64,000 nt of DNA. Origin: Mycoplasmatota bacterium (GTDB lineage: Bacteria; Bacillota_I; Bacilli_A; MAG-NZ). A program made the translations under genes and the position numbers. The notes under the pieces are model-generated. The model was given only the letters and a program-made list of their open reading frames with translations. It searched no databases and was not told where the DNA came from. This document shows positions 9,785-19,449 of the stretch, in pieces (the stretch's first letter is position 1; each line of letters starts with the position of its first letter). Where the stretch lies: assembly GCA_018394315.1 (NCBI GenBank), contig CP074575.1, positions 1,148,615 to 1,212,614 of the forward strand. Reading direction: 5' to 3'.

Positions 9785-10861
9785 ATGGAAAAATTATTAG
9801 AAAAACTAGTTAAGACTCCAGGCTTGTCAGGACATGAAGAAAAAGTTATTAGAATTATGAAAGATGAATTATCTAAATATTCTGATAATGTTTATATTGA
9901 TAATTTAGGTAACGTGATAAGTAAAATAGAAGGTACAAATCCAGAAAAAAAAGTTATGATTTTCGCTCATATGGATCAATTAGGTCTAGTTGTTAGAAAA
10001 ATAACTGATGATGGATTTATTGGAGTAGAGAGAGTAGGAGGAGTACCTGAAAAGGTATTACCAGCTACAGAAGTGATAGTAGAAAACGAAGATGGGGAGG
10101 TTTTCTATGGTGTAGTAGCAAATAAATCACACCATCTTACACCTCAATCTGAAAAATATGTAGTAACTCCATATTTAGAGCAATTTGTAGATATAGGAGC
10201 TACTACAAAAGAAGAAGTGCTTGAAAAAGGTATTGATGTTGGAGCACCTATAACGTATAAACCTGTATTTAAAGAAATAATGAATGATAAAATTATGGGT
10301 ACATCTTTAGATAATAGAGTCGGATGTTCGCTTTTAGTTGAGTTATCAAAAGAGTTTAGTCAAAATAGACCAGAGGTAACAGTTTATTTAGTTGCGACTG
10401 TTCTAGAAGAGTTTAATTTGAGAGGTGCAATGGTTGCTGCAAGAGCTATAAAACCTGATATTGCAGTATGTTTGGATGTTGTAGCTTCTGGCGATACACC
10501 AAATTTAAGATCTAGAAGTGATCTAAGCCTTGGTAGTGGACCAGTAATTTCTATGTATAACTTCCATGGACGTGGAACATTAAACGGCACAATTCCTCAT
10601 CCGAAATTAGTTAAACACTTCGTTAAAGTAGCAAGTGATAACAATATAAAAACACAAAAAGGGGCATTAACTGGTCTACTGACAGATTTATCATATGTTC
10701 AGCTTGAGAATGAAGGGATTGCTAGTATTGATCTTTGCTATCCTACTAGGTATACGCATACGCCAACTGAGGTAGTGAGTATGTCTGATATATTTGCATT
10801 AAAGGACTTAGTAGTAAAAGCTATCAATCAAATAAACGAAATTACTTTGAGTAGGATTTAA
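9785..10861 (+). CDS. M42-family metallohydrolase (SgcX/FrvX-like)
   Basis: PGLSGHE plus all dimetal/catalytic motifs: AHMD, LDNR, LEEF, LDVV, YTHTP. Confidence 0.88.
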   Translation: MEKLLEKLVKTPGLSGHEEKVIRIMKDELSKYSDNVYIDNLGNVISKIEGTNPEKKVMIFAHMDQLGLVVRKITDDGFIGVERVGGVPEKVLPATEVIVENEDGEVFYGVVANKSHHLTPQSEKYVVTPYLEQFVDIGATTKEEVLEKGIDVGAPITYKPVFKEIMNDKIMGTSLDNRVGCSLLVELSKEFSQNRPEVTVYLVATVLEEFNLRGAMVAARAIKPDIAVCLDVVASGDTPNLRSRSDLSLGSGPVISMYNFHGRGTLNGTIPHPKLVKHFVKVASDNNIKTQKGALTGLLTDLSYVQLENEGIASIDLCYPTRYTHTPTEVVSMSDIFALKDLVVKAINQINEITLSRI

Positions 10862-10862
10862 T

Positions 10863-12389
10863 ATGAATGGAAAATATATTTTAGGAATTGATATCGGTAC
10901 ATATTCCTCTAAAGGAGTATTGATAGATACGTTTGGTAAACTTATAGCCTCAAAAGTCGTTGAACACGACATTATCATCCCACAAAAGGGATGGGTTGAG
11001 CATGATGCAGAAGAAACTTGGTGGGGAGGCTTCACGAAGATATCGAATGCGCTGATTGAAGAATCAGGTGTAGATCCTAATGAAATTGCTTCTGTTGGAT
11101 GCAGTGCAATAGGACCGTGTTTATTACCAGTAGATGAAGGCTGTAACCCACTTAGAAACGGTATTCTATATGGAATCGATACAAGATCAACAGAAGAGAT
11201 AGCTTATTTAGAAGAAAAATATACTAAGGAACAAATATTCAATAAATGTGGTAATTCCTTGTCAACACAAGCAATTGGCCCTAAGATTTTGTGGTTAAAA
11301 AATAATGAACCAGATATATATGAAAAAGCCTATAAGTTTATTACTTCAACGACATTTATAGTTGCAAGATTAACTGGAAATTATGTTATCGATCATTACT
11401 CTGCTTCTAGTTTTCAACCAATGTATGATTTTAAAAGTAATAAATGGTCTAAAGAAATGTCTAAGTTAATTACACCAATAAGTAAATTAGCAGATATTAG
11501 GTGGACAACTGATATTGCAGGAACTATAACAAAGGAAGCTAGTAAGTCAACGGGACTATCAGTTGGTACTCCAGTAATTGTTGGTACTATAGATGCCTCA
11601 GCAGAAGCAGTAAGTGTTGGAGTTGTTAACCCAGGAAGCTTAATGCTAATGTATGGTACAACTCAATTTATGATAAATATTACAGACAAACCGGTTACAG
11701 ACGAAAGACTGTGGTCTGCACCTTATTTATTTCCAAATACCTATGCAGTAATGGGAGGAATGGCAACATCAGGAGCTATTACTGTTTGGTTCATGAATAA
11801 TTTTGCTAAGGACTTAATACTAGATGAAAAAACGTCTGGAATCCACCCATTAGAAAGTATGGCAAGCGATCTTAGTAAAATCCCACCTGGGTCTGAAGGG
11901 TTACTTGTATTACCGTACTTTAGTGGTGAGAGAACACCAATTAATAACCCTAACGCTAAGGGAATCATCTATGGATTATCTCTTATACATACAAGGGAGC
12001 ATATATATAGAGCTATATTAGAAGGTATTGGTTTTGCGATAAGCCAACATATGGATGTCTTTGAATCAGCAAGGATAGAAACAAAAGTCATTAGATCTGT
12101 AGGTGGAGGAACAAAGAATAAAGATTGGTTGCAAATTGTTTCTGATATCTCAGGATATGAGCAAGAAGTTCCAGATATATCAATAGGTGCAAGTTTTGGA
12201 GATGCGTTACTTGCTGGAATAGGAACTGGTCACATTGTTTCAAGAAGTGATATTAACCATTGGATTAAGAAGATAGAGAAAATTGTACCGGATTCAAAAA
12301 AAACAAGTAAATACAAAGAAATTAAACATCAATTCCATGAGTTGTATTATTCAACGAAGGAACTAATGAATAAAAAGGAGATAAAATAA
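10863..12389 (+). CDS. FGGY-family carbohydrate kinase
   Basis: GIDIGT, GPKILW, LPYFSGERTP, RAILEG and VGGG motifs. Confidence 0.92.
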   Translation: MNGKYILGIDIGTYSSKGVLIDTFGKLIASKVVEHDIIIPQKGWVEHDAEETWWGGFTKISNALIEESGVDPNEIASVGCSAIGPCLLPVDEGCNPLRNGILYGIDTRSTEEIAYLEEKYTKEQIFNKCGNSLSTQAIGPKILWLKNNEPDIYEKAYKFITSTTFIVARLTGNYVIDHYSASSFQPMYDFKSNKWSKEMSKLITPISKLADIRWTTDIAGTITKEASKSTGLSVGTPVIVGTIDASAEAVSVGVVNPGSLMLMYGTTQFMINITDKPVTDERLWSAPYLFPNTYAVMGGMATSGAITVWFMNNFAKDLILDEKTSGIHPLESMASDLSKIPPGSEGLLVLPYFSGERTPINNPNAKGIIYGLSLIHTREHIYRAILEGIGFAISQHMDVFESARIETKVIRSVGGGTKNKDWLQIVSDISGYEQEVPDISIGASFGDALLAGIGTGHIVSRSDINHWIKKIEKIVPDSKKTSKYKEIKHQFHELYYSTKELMNKKEIK

Positions 12390-13198
12390 TGTGGACAGAA
12401 GAAGTATTTAATGTAAAAAAACCGATTATTGCTATGTGTCACTTATTAGCACTACCGGGAGACCCAGGATTTGATCATGAAAAAGGAATGGATTATGTTG
12501 TAGAAATGGCAAGGAAAGATTTCTTGGCACTTCAAGAAGGTGGAGTTGACGCAGTTATGTTCTCAAATGAGTTCAGTTTACCTTATTTAACAGATGTTAA
12601 AACGGAAACTGTAGCTGCAATGGCGAGAATTATTGGTGAACTAATGCCACTAATTAAAATACCATTTGGAGTAAACGTACTGTGGGATGCAAAGAAAAGT
12701 TTAGATTTAGCAGTTGCTACTGGTGCAAAATTCGTAAGAGAAATATTTACTGGTGTTTATGCAAGCGATTTCGGCCTTTGGAATACAAATGTTGGAGAAA
12801 CTGCAAGACATCAACATAGAATTGGAGCTCAAGGAGTTAAATGCTTATACAATATAGTACCTGAAGCTGCTGCGTACTTAGCTGAAAGAAGTATTGAAAG
12901 TATTGCTAAATCAACAGTTTTCAATAACCAACCTGATGCTTTATGCGTTTCTGGATTAACTGCTGGTTCTGAAACTGATTCGGAAATACTAAAGAGAGTT
13001 AAGGATACAGTATCATCAACTGTTGTATTTGCAAATACTGGTGTAAACCCAAATAACGTGTGTGAGCAACTTACTATTGCTGATGGAGCTGTAGTAGGAA
13101 CAACATTTAAATACGATGGTAAATTTGAGAATCACGTAGATATAAGTAGAGTTGAATCATTTATGAAAATAGTTAAGAATTTCAGAAGTTCGTTATAG
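12389..13198 (+). CDS. BtpA/SgcQ-family TIM-barrel protein
   Basis: KPIIAMCHL.ALPGDP, MFSNEFSLPY, PFGVNVLWD, ANTGV and ADGAVVGT motifs. Confidence 0.88.
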   Translation: MWTEEVFNVKKPIIAMCHLLALPGDPGFDHEKGMDYVVEMARKDFLALQEGGVDAVMFSNEFSLPYLTDVKTETVAAMARIIGELMPLIKIPFGVNVLWDAKKSLDLAVATGAKFVREIFTGVYASDFGLWNTNVGETARHQHRIGAQGVKCLYNIVPEAAAYLAERSIESIAKSTVFNNQPDALCVSGLTAGSETDSEILKRVKDTVSSTVVFANTGVNPNNVCEQLTIADGAVVGTTFKYDGKFENHVDISRVESFMKIVKNFRSSL

Positions 13199-13248
13199 GT
13201 ATTAATTACCCACTGGGTAAATAAATATAAAAATAAGGGGAGAGAAGA

Positions 13249-14229
13249 ATGAAAAAATTATTAGCACTACTATTAACATTCGTAATGGCATTAACTTTAG
13301 TTGGATGCTCAGACAGCGATGACAATTATGTTATGGCAAATGTGCCAAAACTAGTTGGTATCAACTGGTTTGATCGTATGGGCGAAGGTGTTGTTGAGTA
13401 TGGTGAAAAATCTGGATATGATACTTTCCAAACTGGTCCTACTAAAGCTGACCCAGCATTACAAGTTTCATCTATTGAAGATGTAATTGCTCAAGGTGTT
13501 GACGTATTAACTGTTGTACCTTTTTCACCCGAAGCACTTGAACCAGTTCTTAAAAGAGCTAGAGAAGAAGGGATTGTTGTTATATCTCACGAAGCCTCAA
13601 ATCAACAAAATATCGATTATGACGTAGAAGCATTCGACAATGTAGCATTTGGTGCTCATATGATGGATAACTTAGCAGAGGCTACAGGTGGAAAAGGACA
13701 ATATGTAATATTTGTAGGTGGATTAACTGCGAAAACACATATGGAATGGGCTGAAGGAGCTCAAACACGTCAAGAAGAAGCATATCCAGAGATGGAATTA
13801 GTTGTTGAGAGAATCGAATCATTAGAAGATTCACAAGTTGCATATCAAAAAATGAAAGAAGTTATTCAAACTTATCCAGATATCTCAGGTGCTTTAGGAT
13901 GTGCTGCAACTGACGTTGCTGGTGTAGCATTAGCAGTTGAAGAAGCAGGATTAGAAGACCAAGTATCTATAGCTGGTATTTCTTTAGTATCAATTTCTGA
14001 AGAATATGTAGAAAGAGGAACTATTCACAAAATCAGTTTCTGGGATCCTAAAGATGCAGCTTTAGCTATGTTTGCTGTAGCTGAAAAAGTATTAGCTGGT
14101 GAAGAAGTTAAATCTGGTGATGATTTAGGTGTTCCTGGTTATGAAAATGTAACTGTAGTTGGTAAAGTAATTTATGGTAATGCATGGGTTGACGTAGATG
14201 TGTCAAACATGGCAGACTATGATTTCTAA
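13249..14229 (+). CDS. Sugar ABC substrate-binding lipoprotein (LsrB/RhaS-like)
   Basis: Lipobox LVGC; KLVGINWFDRM, GIVVISHE and FWDPKDA motifs. Confidence 0.88.
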   Translation: MKKLLALLLTFVMALTLVGCSDSDDNYVMANVPKLVGINWFDRMGEGVVEYGEKSGYDTFQTGPTKADPALQVSSIEDVIAQGVDVLTVVPFSPEALEPVLKRAREEGIVVISHEASNQQNIDYDVEAFDNVAFGAHMMDNLAEATGGKGQYVIFVGGLTAKTHMEWAEGAQTRQEEAYPEMELVVERIESLEDSQVAYQKMKEVIQTYPDISGALGCAATDVAGVALAVEEAGLEDQVSIAGISLVSISEEYVERGTIHKISFWDPKDAALAMFAVAEKVLAGEEVKSGDDLGVPGYENVTVVGKVIYGNAWVDVDVSNMADYDF

Positions 14230-14252
14230 AAAACGACAAATCTAATTATTAT

Positions 14253-14282
14253 AGTAGAGAGATTTTGCTCTCTACTTTTTTT
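14253..14282 (+). terminator. Intrinsic terminator
   Basis: AGTAGAGAG-loop-CTCTCTACT followed by a T run. Confidence 0.8.
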
Positions 14283-14352
14283 ATGATAAAATGTAGTAAA
14301 CTTCTATGAAAGGCATAAGGGCTTATTTCGTTATTTGCTCACAAAAATTGAT

Positions 14353-15357
14353 ATGAAGATTAGAGAAATTGCTAAAATTGCAAACGTTTCACCAGCGACT
14401 GTTTCATTAGTAATAAATGGAAAAAAAGGTGTAGGGGAAGCTACTAGAAAAAGAATATTATCCATTATTGATGATTTTGGATATGAAGTTACTAGTAACG
14501 TATCTAGAAAAGAAAATAAGATATTTGGAAACATAAAGGTAATATGTTTTAACAAATATGGCGATTCACTCCAAGGAATAGTTGAGATTTATAAAAAATT
14601 TCTTGATGAGTTAACAAGAGAAGCAAATAAGCTTGGTCTAGCTGTTGACATCTCAATTGTAAATGAAAAAAACTTTAGTGACTTTTTTGAAGAAGTAAGA
14701 AACTTAGATTATCATGGAATTATATTTATCGCTACTGAAATGAATAGACAAGATGTTGAATTAATTAGTGACTTGAATATTCCTTGTGTAATTTTGGATA
14801 ACCCAATTGAAAATATTTGCATTGATAGTGTCTCAACAGATAACAGTAACATGATGTTCAATATGACTAAGGAACTTTTTGAGTTTGGTTACCGTGAAAT
14901 TGGATATATAAGGAGTACAATTCAATTAGAAAACTATAAAGCGCGTTATAATGGTTATATGAATGCGATAAAACGATTTGGATTAAGTACATCTCGTGAG
15001 AATGTTATTTATGTAAAGCCAAGCTTTGCTGGTGCAAAAAGTGAGTTAATTAAATATATTCAATCAGATAGAAAACTTCCAAAAGCCTTGATCGTAGATA
15101 ATAATATGGTTTATGCAGCCTTAATTAACGCATTTAATACTCTTAAAATTGATTCTTCAGAATTTGTGTTAATAGTCGTTAACAATGACATTACGAATCA
15201 AGTTTTGGGGAACCGAGCGTGGATTATGGATGTTTTACCTGAGACAATGGCGTACCATGCAATTAAACGAATTTATGAAAAAATAATATATCTTGATGGA
15301 AACAAAATCAAACATTTAATAAATCCTAAGTTAATCAAATTTAGCAGTGAGATTTAA
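14353..15357 (+). CDS. LacI-family transcriptional regulator
   Basis: N-terminal HTH IREIAKIANVSPATVSLVING followed by a sugar-binding domain. Start is uncertain (alternative TTG at 14335). Confidence 0.88.
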   Translation: MKIREIAKIANVSPATVSLVINGKKGVGEATRKRILSIIDDFGYEVTSNVSRKENKIFGNIKVICFNKYGDSLQGIVEIYKKFLDELTREANKLGLAVDISIVNEKNFSDFFEEVRNLDYHGIIFIATEMNRQDVELISDLNIPCVILDNPIENICIDSVSTDNSNMMFNMTKELFEFGYREIGYIRSTIQLENYKARYNGYMNAIKRFGLSTSRENVIYVKPSFAGAKSELIKYIQSDRKLPKALIVDNNMVYAALINAFNTLKIDSSEFVLIVVNNDITNQVLGNRAWIMDVLPETMAYHAIKRIYEKIIYLDGNKIKHLINPKLIKFSSEI

Positions 15358-15380
15358 TGAATTAGCATATCACATAAATA

Positions 15381-15420
15381 GCCATTAACTACTGAAGTAT
15401 AAGTAATTAATGGCATTTTT
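15381..15420. terminator. Terminator between the convergent lacI-like and tpl-like genes
   Basis: GCCATTAA...TTAATGGC followed by a T run. Confidence 0.6.
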
Positions 15421-15503
15421 ATGTAATTTTTACTATGATTTTAAAAACCTATTTGGTTGAGAGTAAATTCATGCTTTAAATGTGTTCCCTTAAGAAAAGA
15501 TAA

Positions 15504-16961
15504 TCAAAGTTTTGTTTGGAAATCCTCAATAAATTTTTCAACTAACCTATTTGTCCAACTAGAGACCGGCTCTAATTTACCGAAGAAAAATCTAAGAATT
15601 TCTGGTTCTTCGGTAAATTTTAAGCCTTCAATCAGTTCTCTGTTTTGATATAGCCATGTAATTCTATCTACGGCATATTTAACATGAGATAAACTAAATA
15701 CTCTACGAGGTAAAGCTAAGCGCACTAATTCTAAATTAGCCAAAGTGTCAGATCCATCTGTCTGTCTTTCTTCTGATAATGTACCACGTTCCATTCCGCG
15801 TATCCCACTTATTATATATATAGCAGCAGCTAGAGCTCCTGCTGGGTACTTTTCTTGTGGTATATGACTAACAAACTGAAGTGCATCTATATGACATCCT
15901 AAACCACCAGCGGGAGTAATAACAGGCACACCATTTTTCTTTAATTCATTAGTCATGAATTCTATAAATTGTGGACCTTGGCTAATGATATCTTCATCCA
16001 TAGTTTCTTCTAAACCTACAGTAATTGCTTCCATCTCTTTTACTGACATTCCACCATAAGTTATGAAACCTTCATATAGTGTTAGAAGTACCTTCATTTT
16101 TGAATATATTTCCTCATTGTTTAGACATATTCCTCCACCTCTAGCTGAACCTAGTTTTCTACCGGAGAAATAGATAATGTCACAACAATCAGCTATCTCT
16201 TTAGTTATTTCTTTGATACTCATACTTCTACATGCATCTTCTCTAGTCTTTATAAAATGTAAGTTGTCACTTAATAAGCTTGCATCCATCACTAGTATTA
16301 TGCTGTTGTCCTTACAAACCTTACTAACTTCTTTAATATTTTCTAATGAAAAAGGTTGTCCTCCTATTAGATTAGTACCTGCTTCCATCCTAACAAATGG
16401 GATTTTGTCCCTTCCAAGTTTATTAATTAAAGACTTTAATTTTTTTATATCCATATTTCCTTTAAATAGGAAAGAACTTTTAGTCTCTAAACCCTCTTCT
16501 ATAAGTAATTCTTCTATAGAACCGCCATTCAACATTATGTGTGCTTTAGATGTTGTGAAATGATAGTTCATTGGTACAACTGAACCTTCTTCTACAAGAA
16601 CTTTAGAGATTATATTTTCACATGCTCTACCTTGATGAGTAGGTAGAATAAAATTCATACCAAATAATTCTTTTAATTTAGCCTCAAAACGATAGAACGT
16701 CTCACTACCAGCGTAACTATCGTCAGCTATAAACATTGCTGCTTGCTGTTTATCACTCATCGCATTGACACCACTATCCGTAAGCATATCCATAAATACA
16801 TCTCTATTTCTAAGTAAGAATGTATTGAAACCAGCCTCAACCATGGCGTTTTCTCTTTCTTCAATTGGTTTTAGAGATATTTTTTGCACTATTCTTGCTT
16901 TATGCATCTCTAAAGGGATTTTTTCTCCACTTAATAATTTAATCATACTTTTTGCCTCCAT
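15504..16961 (-). CDS. Beta-eliminating lyase (tryptophanase/tyrosine phenol-lyase family) with TPL-type specificity residues
   Basis: NTFLL, DMLTDSG, DSYAGS, HQGR, NYHFTT, PLP-lysine motif SGRKLG, GMERG, RLALPRRV, LRFF. Confidence 0.88.
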   Translation of the reverse strand: MEAKSMIKLLSGEKIPLEMHKARIVQKISLKPIEERENAMVEAGFNTFLLRNRDVFMDMLTDSGVNAMSDKQQAAMFIADDSYAGSETFYRFEAKLKELFGMNFILPTHQGRACENIISKVLVEEGSVVPMNYHFTTSKAHIMLNGGSIEELLIEEGLETKSSFLFKGNMDIKKLKSLINKLGRDKIPFVRMEAGTNLIGGQPFSLENIKEVSKVCKDNSIILVMDASLLSDNLHFIKTREDACRSMSIKEITKEIADCCDIIYFSGRKLGSARGGGICLNNEEIYSKMKVLLTLYEGFITYGGMSVKEMEAITVGLEETMDEDIISQGPQFIEFMTNELKKNGVPVITPAGGLGCHIDALQFVSHIPQEKYPAGALAAAIYIISGIRGMERGTLSEERQTDGSDTLANLELVRLALPRRVFSLSHVKYAVDRITWLYQNRELIEGLKFTEEPEILRFFFGKLEPVSSWTNRLVEKFIEDFQTKL

Positions 16962-16980
16962 TTTCCTCGATTTAATATAT

Positions 16981-17250
16981 AAAAAACCGTCCTTTGTTTG
17001 TTTAACAAAGGACGGATTATAACCGTGTTACCACCTGAATTTATCAATGTCTCGCAACATTGACCTTAATAAGTATCTATCAATACCTTACACGTTAACG
17101 AGTGTAAATCCGGTTTACTCCTACTATGATTTTAATCAATTCAAAGCACTGCTCATGAGATGTATTCATAAAAGTTTTCTTTGAACCTCTCATCAACCGG
17201 TATCTTTCTGTAAAGAGTAAACTTTAACTACTAATTCTCAGTCATTGCAT
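16981..17250 (-). ncRNA. T-box riboswitch, Tyr specifier (UAC)
   Basis: Minus strand: GA motif, AGUA, AG box (CAGAAAG), GNUG box (GAUGAGA), specifier loop GAA-UAC-A (plus 17162-17164), T-box AAUUCAGGUGGUAACACG, terminator CCGUCCUUUGUU/AACAAAGGACGG plus U6. Confidence 0.9.
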
Positions 17251-17265
17251 TTATATATTGATATT

Positions 17266-17294
17266 ATCTTACGCGAATATTGTCGAATTGTCAA
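17266..17294 (-). promoter_or_regulatory. SigA-type promoter of the T-box leader
   Basis: Minus strand TTGACA-17-TAAGAT. Confidence 0.75.
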
Positions 17295-17448
17295 TAATTT
17301 AATAAATTTTTAGAGCCTTGGAGAATTAAATATATAGAATAATACTAGAAACTGCATAATTTTGGGATAACATTAAAGATATAGTCAAGAATATAATTTG
17401 TTTAATCCATTCTTTATATTAATGTGAATTCTGTTAAGGAGATTTATT

Positions 17449-18111
17449 ATGAGAATAGATACTGTTTTATTTGACTTAGATGGAACTTTAATCAATACTA
17501 ATGAAATTATTATTAACTCATTTAAATACGTTTTTGAAACTTATTTTCCGTCCAATGTACTTACTAGAAAAGAAGTATTAACATTCTTTGGTCCGACATT
17601 AAAAGAAACTTTTGGAAAATATACTGATTCTCAGAAAAAAGTACTTGAAATGGAGAAGATGTATTTGAGTCATTATAAAGAAATAGAAAGTGATATGTAT
17701 GAATTATATCCAGGAGTTCTTGAAGTTCTTCAGAACCTAAAACAAACGGGTTATAATTTAGGCATTGTAACTACTAAATATAGAAAGTCTGCAATGCCAA
17801 GCATTGTTAACTTTAAACTGGATGAGATATTTGAGGTGATTGTTACGTTAGATGATGTAAATAGTCCTAAGCCCTCTTGCGAACCGATTGAAGTCGCATT
17901 GAGGAATTTTCCGGGCTATAAAAAAGTAATGATAGTTGGTGATAATAGAAATGATATATTAGCGGGAAAAAACGCTTCTGTTTATACTGCAGGAGTAGCT
18001 TGGACTATCATAGGGGAAAAAAGTTTAAAAGAGCTGAACCCAGATTTTATGCTTAAGAATATGCATGAACTAGTTGATATATTAAATGAGTTCAATCAAG
18101 ATGATAAATAG
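17449..18111 (+). CDS. ppaX: HAD-family phosphatase, PpaX-like pyrophosphatase
   Basis: FDLDGTL, GIVTTK, PKP and VGD..NDI.AGKNA motifs. Confidence 0.75.
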   Translation: MRIDTVLFDLDGTLINTNEIIINSFKYVFETYFPSNVLTRKEVLTFFGPTLKETFGKYTDSQKKVLEMEKMYLSHYKEIESDMYELYPGVLEVLQNLKQTGYNLGIVTTKYRKSAMPSIVNFKLDEIFEVIVTLDDVNSPKPSCEPIEVALRNFPGYKKVMIVGDNRNDILAGKNASVYTAGVAWTIIGEKSLKELNPDFMLKNMHELVDILNEFNQDDK

Positions 18112-18160
18112 GATGTTGACAATGATTTTTTATATGATATATTTAAAACAACTTAATAGA

Positions 18161-18265
18161 ACTTTCAGGGCAGGGTGAAATTCCCGACCGGCGGTTATAG
18201 TCCGCGAGCTTAGGCTGATTAGGTGAAACTCCTAAACCGACAGTAAAGTCTGGATGGAAGAAAGT
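18161..18265 (+). ncRNA. FMN riboswitch (RFN element)
   Basis: CAGGGCAGGGTGAAATTCCCGACCGGCGG...CCGACAGTAAAGTCTGGATGGAAGAAAG upstream of the rib operon; TTGACA at 18116. Confidence 0.97.
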
Positions 18266-18301
18266 GGGAAATAGATAGTATTTTTACTATATATTATTTT
18301 T

Positions 18302-18336
18302 GCTCTGAAGTAAACTTTTTGCTTCAGAGTTTTTTG
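18302..18336 (+). terminator. Riboswitch-controlled terminator
   Basis: GCTCTGAAGTAA...TTGCTTCAGAGT plus a T run, just before the ribD SD. Confidence 0.8.
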
Positions 18337-18351
18337 TTGGAGGGTATTCAA

Positions 18352-19449
18352 GTGGATACAAAATATATGAAAAGAGCACTAGAACTGTCAAGAAAGGGTA
18401 GCGGATTTACTAATCCTAATCCACTTGTAGGTGCAGTAATAGTAAAAAACGATAAAATAATTGGTGAAGGTTATCATGAGCGTTATGGTCAGGCTCACGC
18501 AGAGATAAATGCTCTTAAAAGCGCCAAAAATTCGGTTGAAGGTGCAACTATGTATGTGACGTTAGAACCATGTTCACATTACGGAAAAACACCTCCCTGC
18601 GCGGATGCTATTATAGCTAATGGTATAAAGAGAGTGATTGTTGGTATACTTGATCCAAATCCTTTGGTCTCTGGAAATGGAGTTAGGAAATTACAAGAAG
18701 CAGGTATCGAAGTTCAAGTTGGAATATTAGAAAGTGAAATAAGAAATGTAAATGAAATATTCTTAAAATATATCACAACGAAGAAACCGTTTTGTATTAT
18801 GAAAACGGCAATGACTTTAGATGGGAAAATTGCTACAGTAACGGGTGATTCAAAATGGATTACTTGTACTGAATCTAGAGAATATGTACATATGATTCGC
18901 CAAAGAGTTGCTAGTATTATGGTTGGAATTGGAACAGTTGAGGTTGATAATCCACTTCTTACAACTAGACTTAATCAAGAAACTTCTAGTCTAACCAGAA
19001 TCATTGTTGATAGTAAACTGAGAATTAATTTAGAATCGCATGTATTAAATGTTAGCAACAGAGCCAAAACTATTATTGCGACTACTAATAATGCTGATAC
19101 TTACAAAATGAATATATTAAAAAGAAGAGGTATTGAAGTAATAGTTTGCCCGACTAAAAAGAATAGAGTTGACTTAAATTATCTAGTAAATAAGTTGGGA
19201 GAGATTGGGATAGATAGTATTTTATTAGAAGGTGGTGCAACTCTAAATTATAGTAGTTTAAATGAAGGTATTGTAGATAAGGTTATGGTCTTTATAGGGC
19301 CTAAAATATTTGGTGGAGAAACTGCTAAGACCTCAGTTGGTGGAGCTGGTAAAAATTATGTAGATGAGAGTATTCTATTAGGTGATATGAATCTTAAAAA
19401 AATAGGCTCAGATATTTTAATTGAAGCCTATATCAAAGGAAGTGAATAG
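18352..19449 (+). CDS. ribD: Bifunctional riboflavin deaminase/reductase
   Basis: PNPLVG, HAE, LEPCSHYGKTPPC, TLDGKIA and LEGG; GTG start after SD GGAGG. Confidence 0.96.
   Translation: MDTKYMKRALELSRKGSGFTNPNPLVGAVIVKNDKIIGEGYHERYGQAHAEINALKSAKNSVEGATMYVTLEPCSHYGKTPPCADAIIANGIKRVIVGILDPNPLVSGNGVRKLQEAGIEVQVGILESEIRNVNEIFLKYITTKKPFCIMKTAMTLDGKIATVTGDSKWITCTESREYVHMIRQRVASIMVGIGTVEVDNPLLTTRLNQETSSLTRIIVDSKLRINLESHVLNVSNRAKTIIATTNNADTYKMNILKRRGIEVIVCPTKKNRVDLNYLVNKLGEIGIDSILLEGGATLNYSSLNEGIVDKVMVFIGPKIFGGETAKTSVGGAGKNYVDESILLGDMNLKKIGSDILIEAYIKGSE

Noticed and set aside
13249..14229. AI-2 (Lsr) quorum-sensing uptake system
   Set aside because: The binding protein is LsrB-like, but no lsrF, lsrG or lsrR equivalents are present, so the substrate cannot be assigned.
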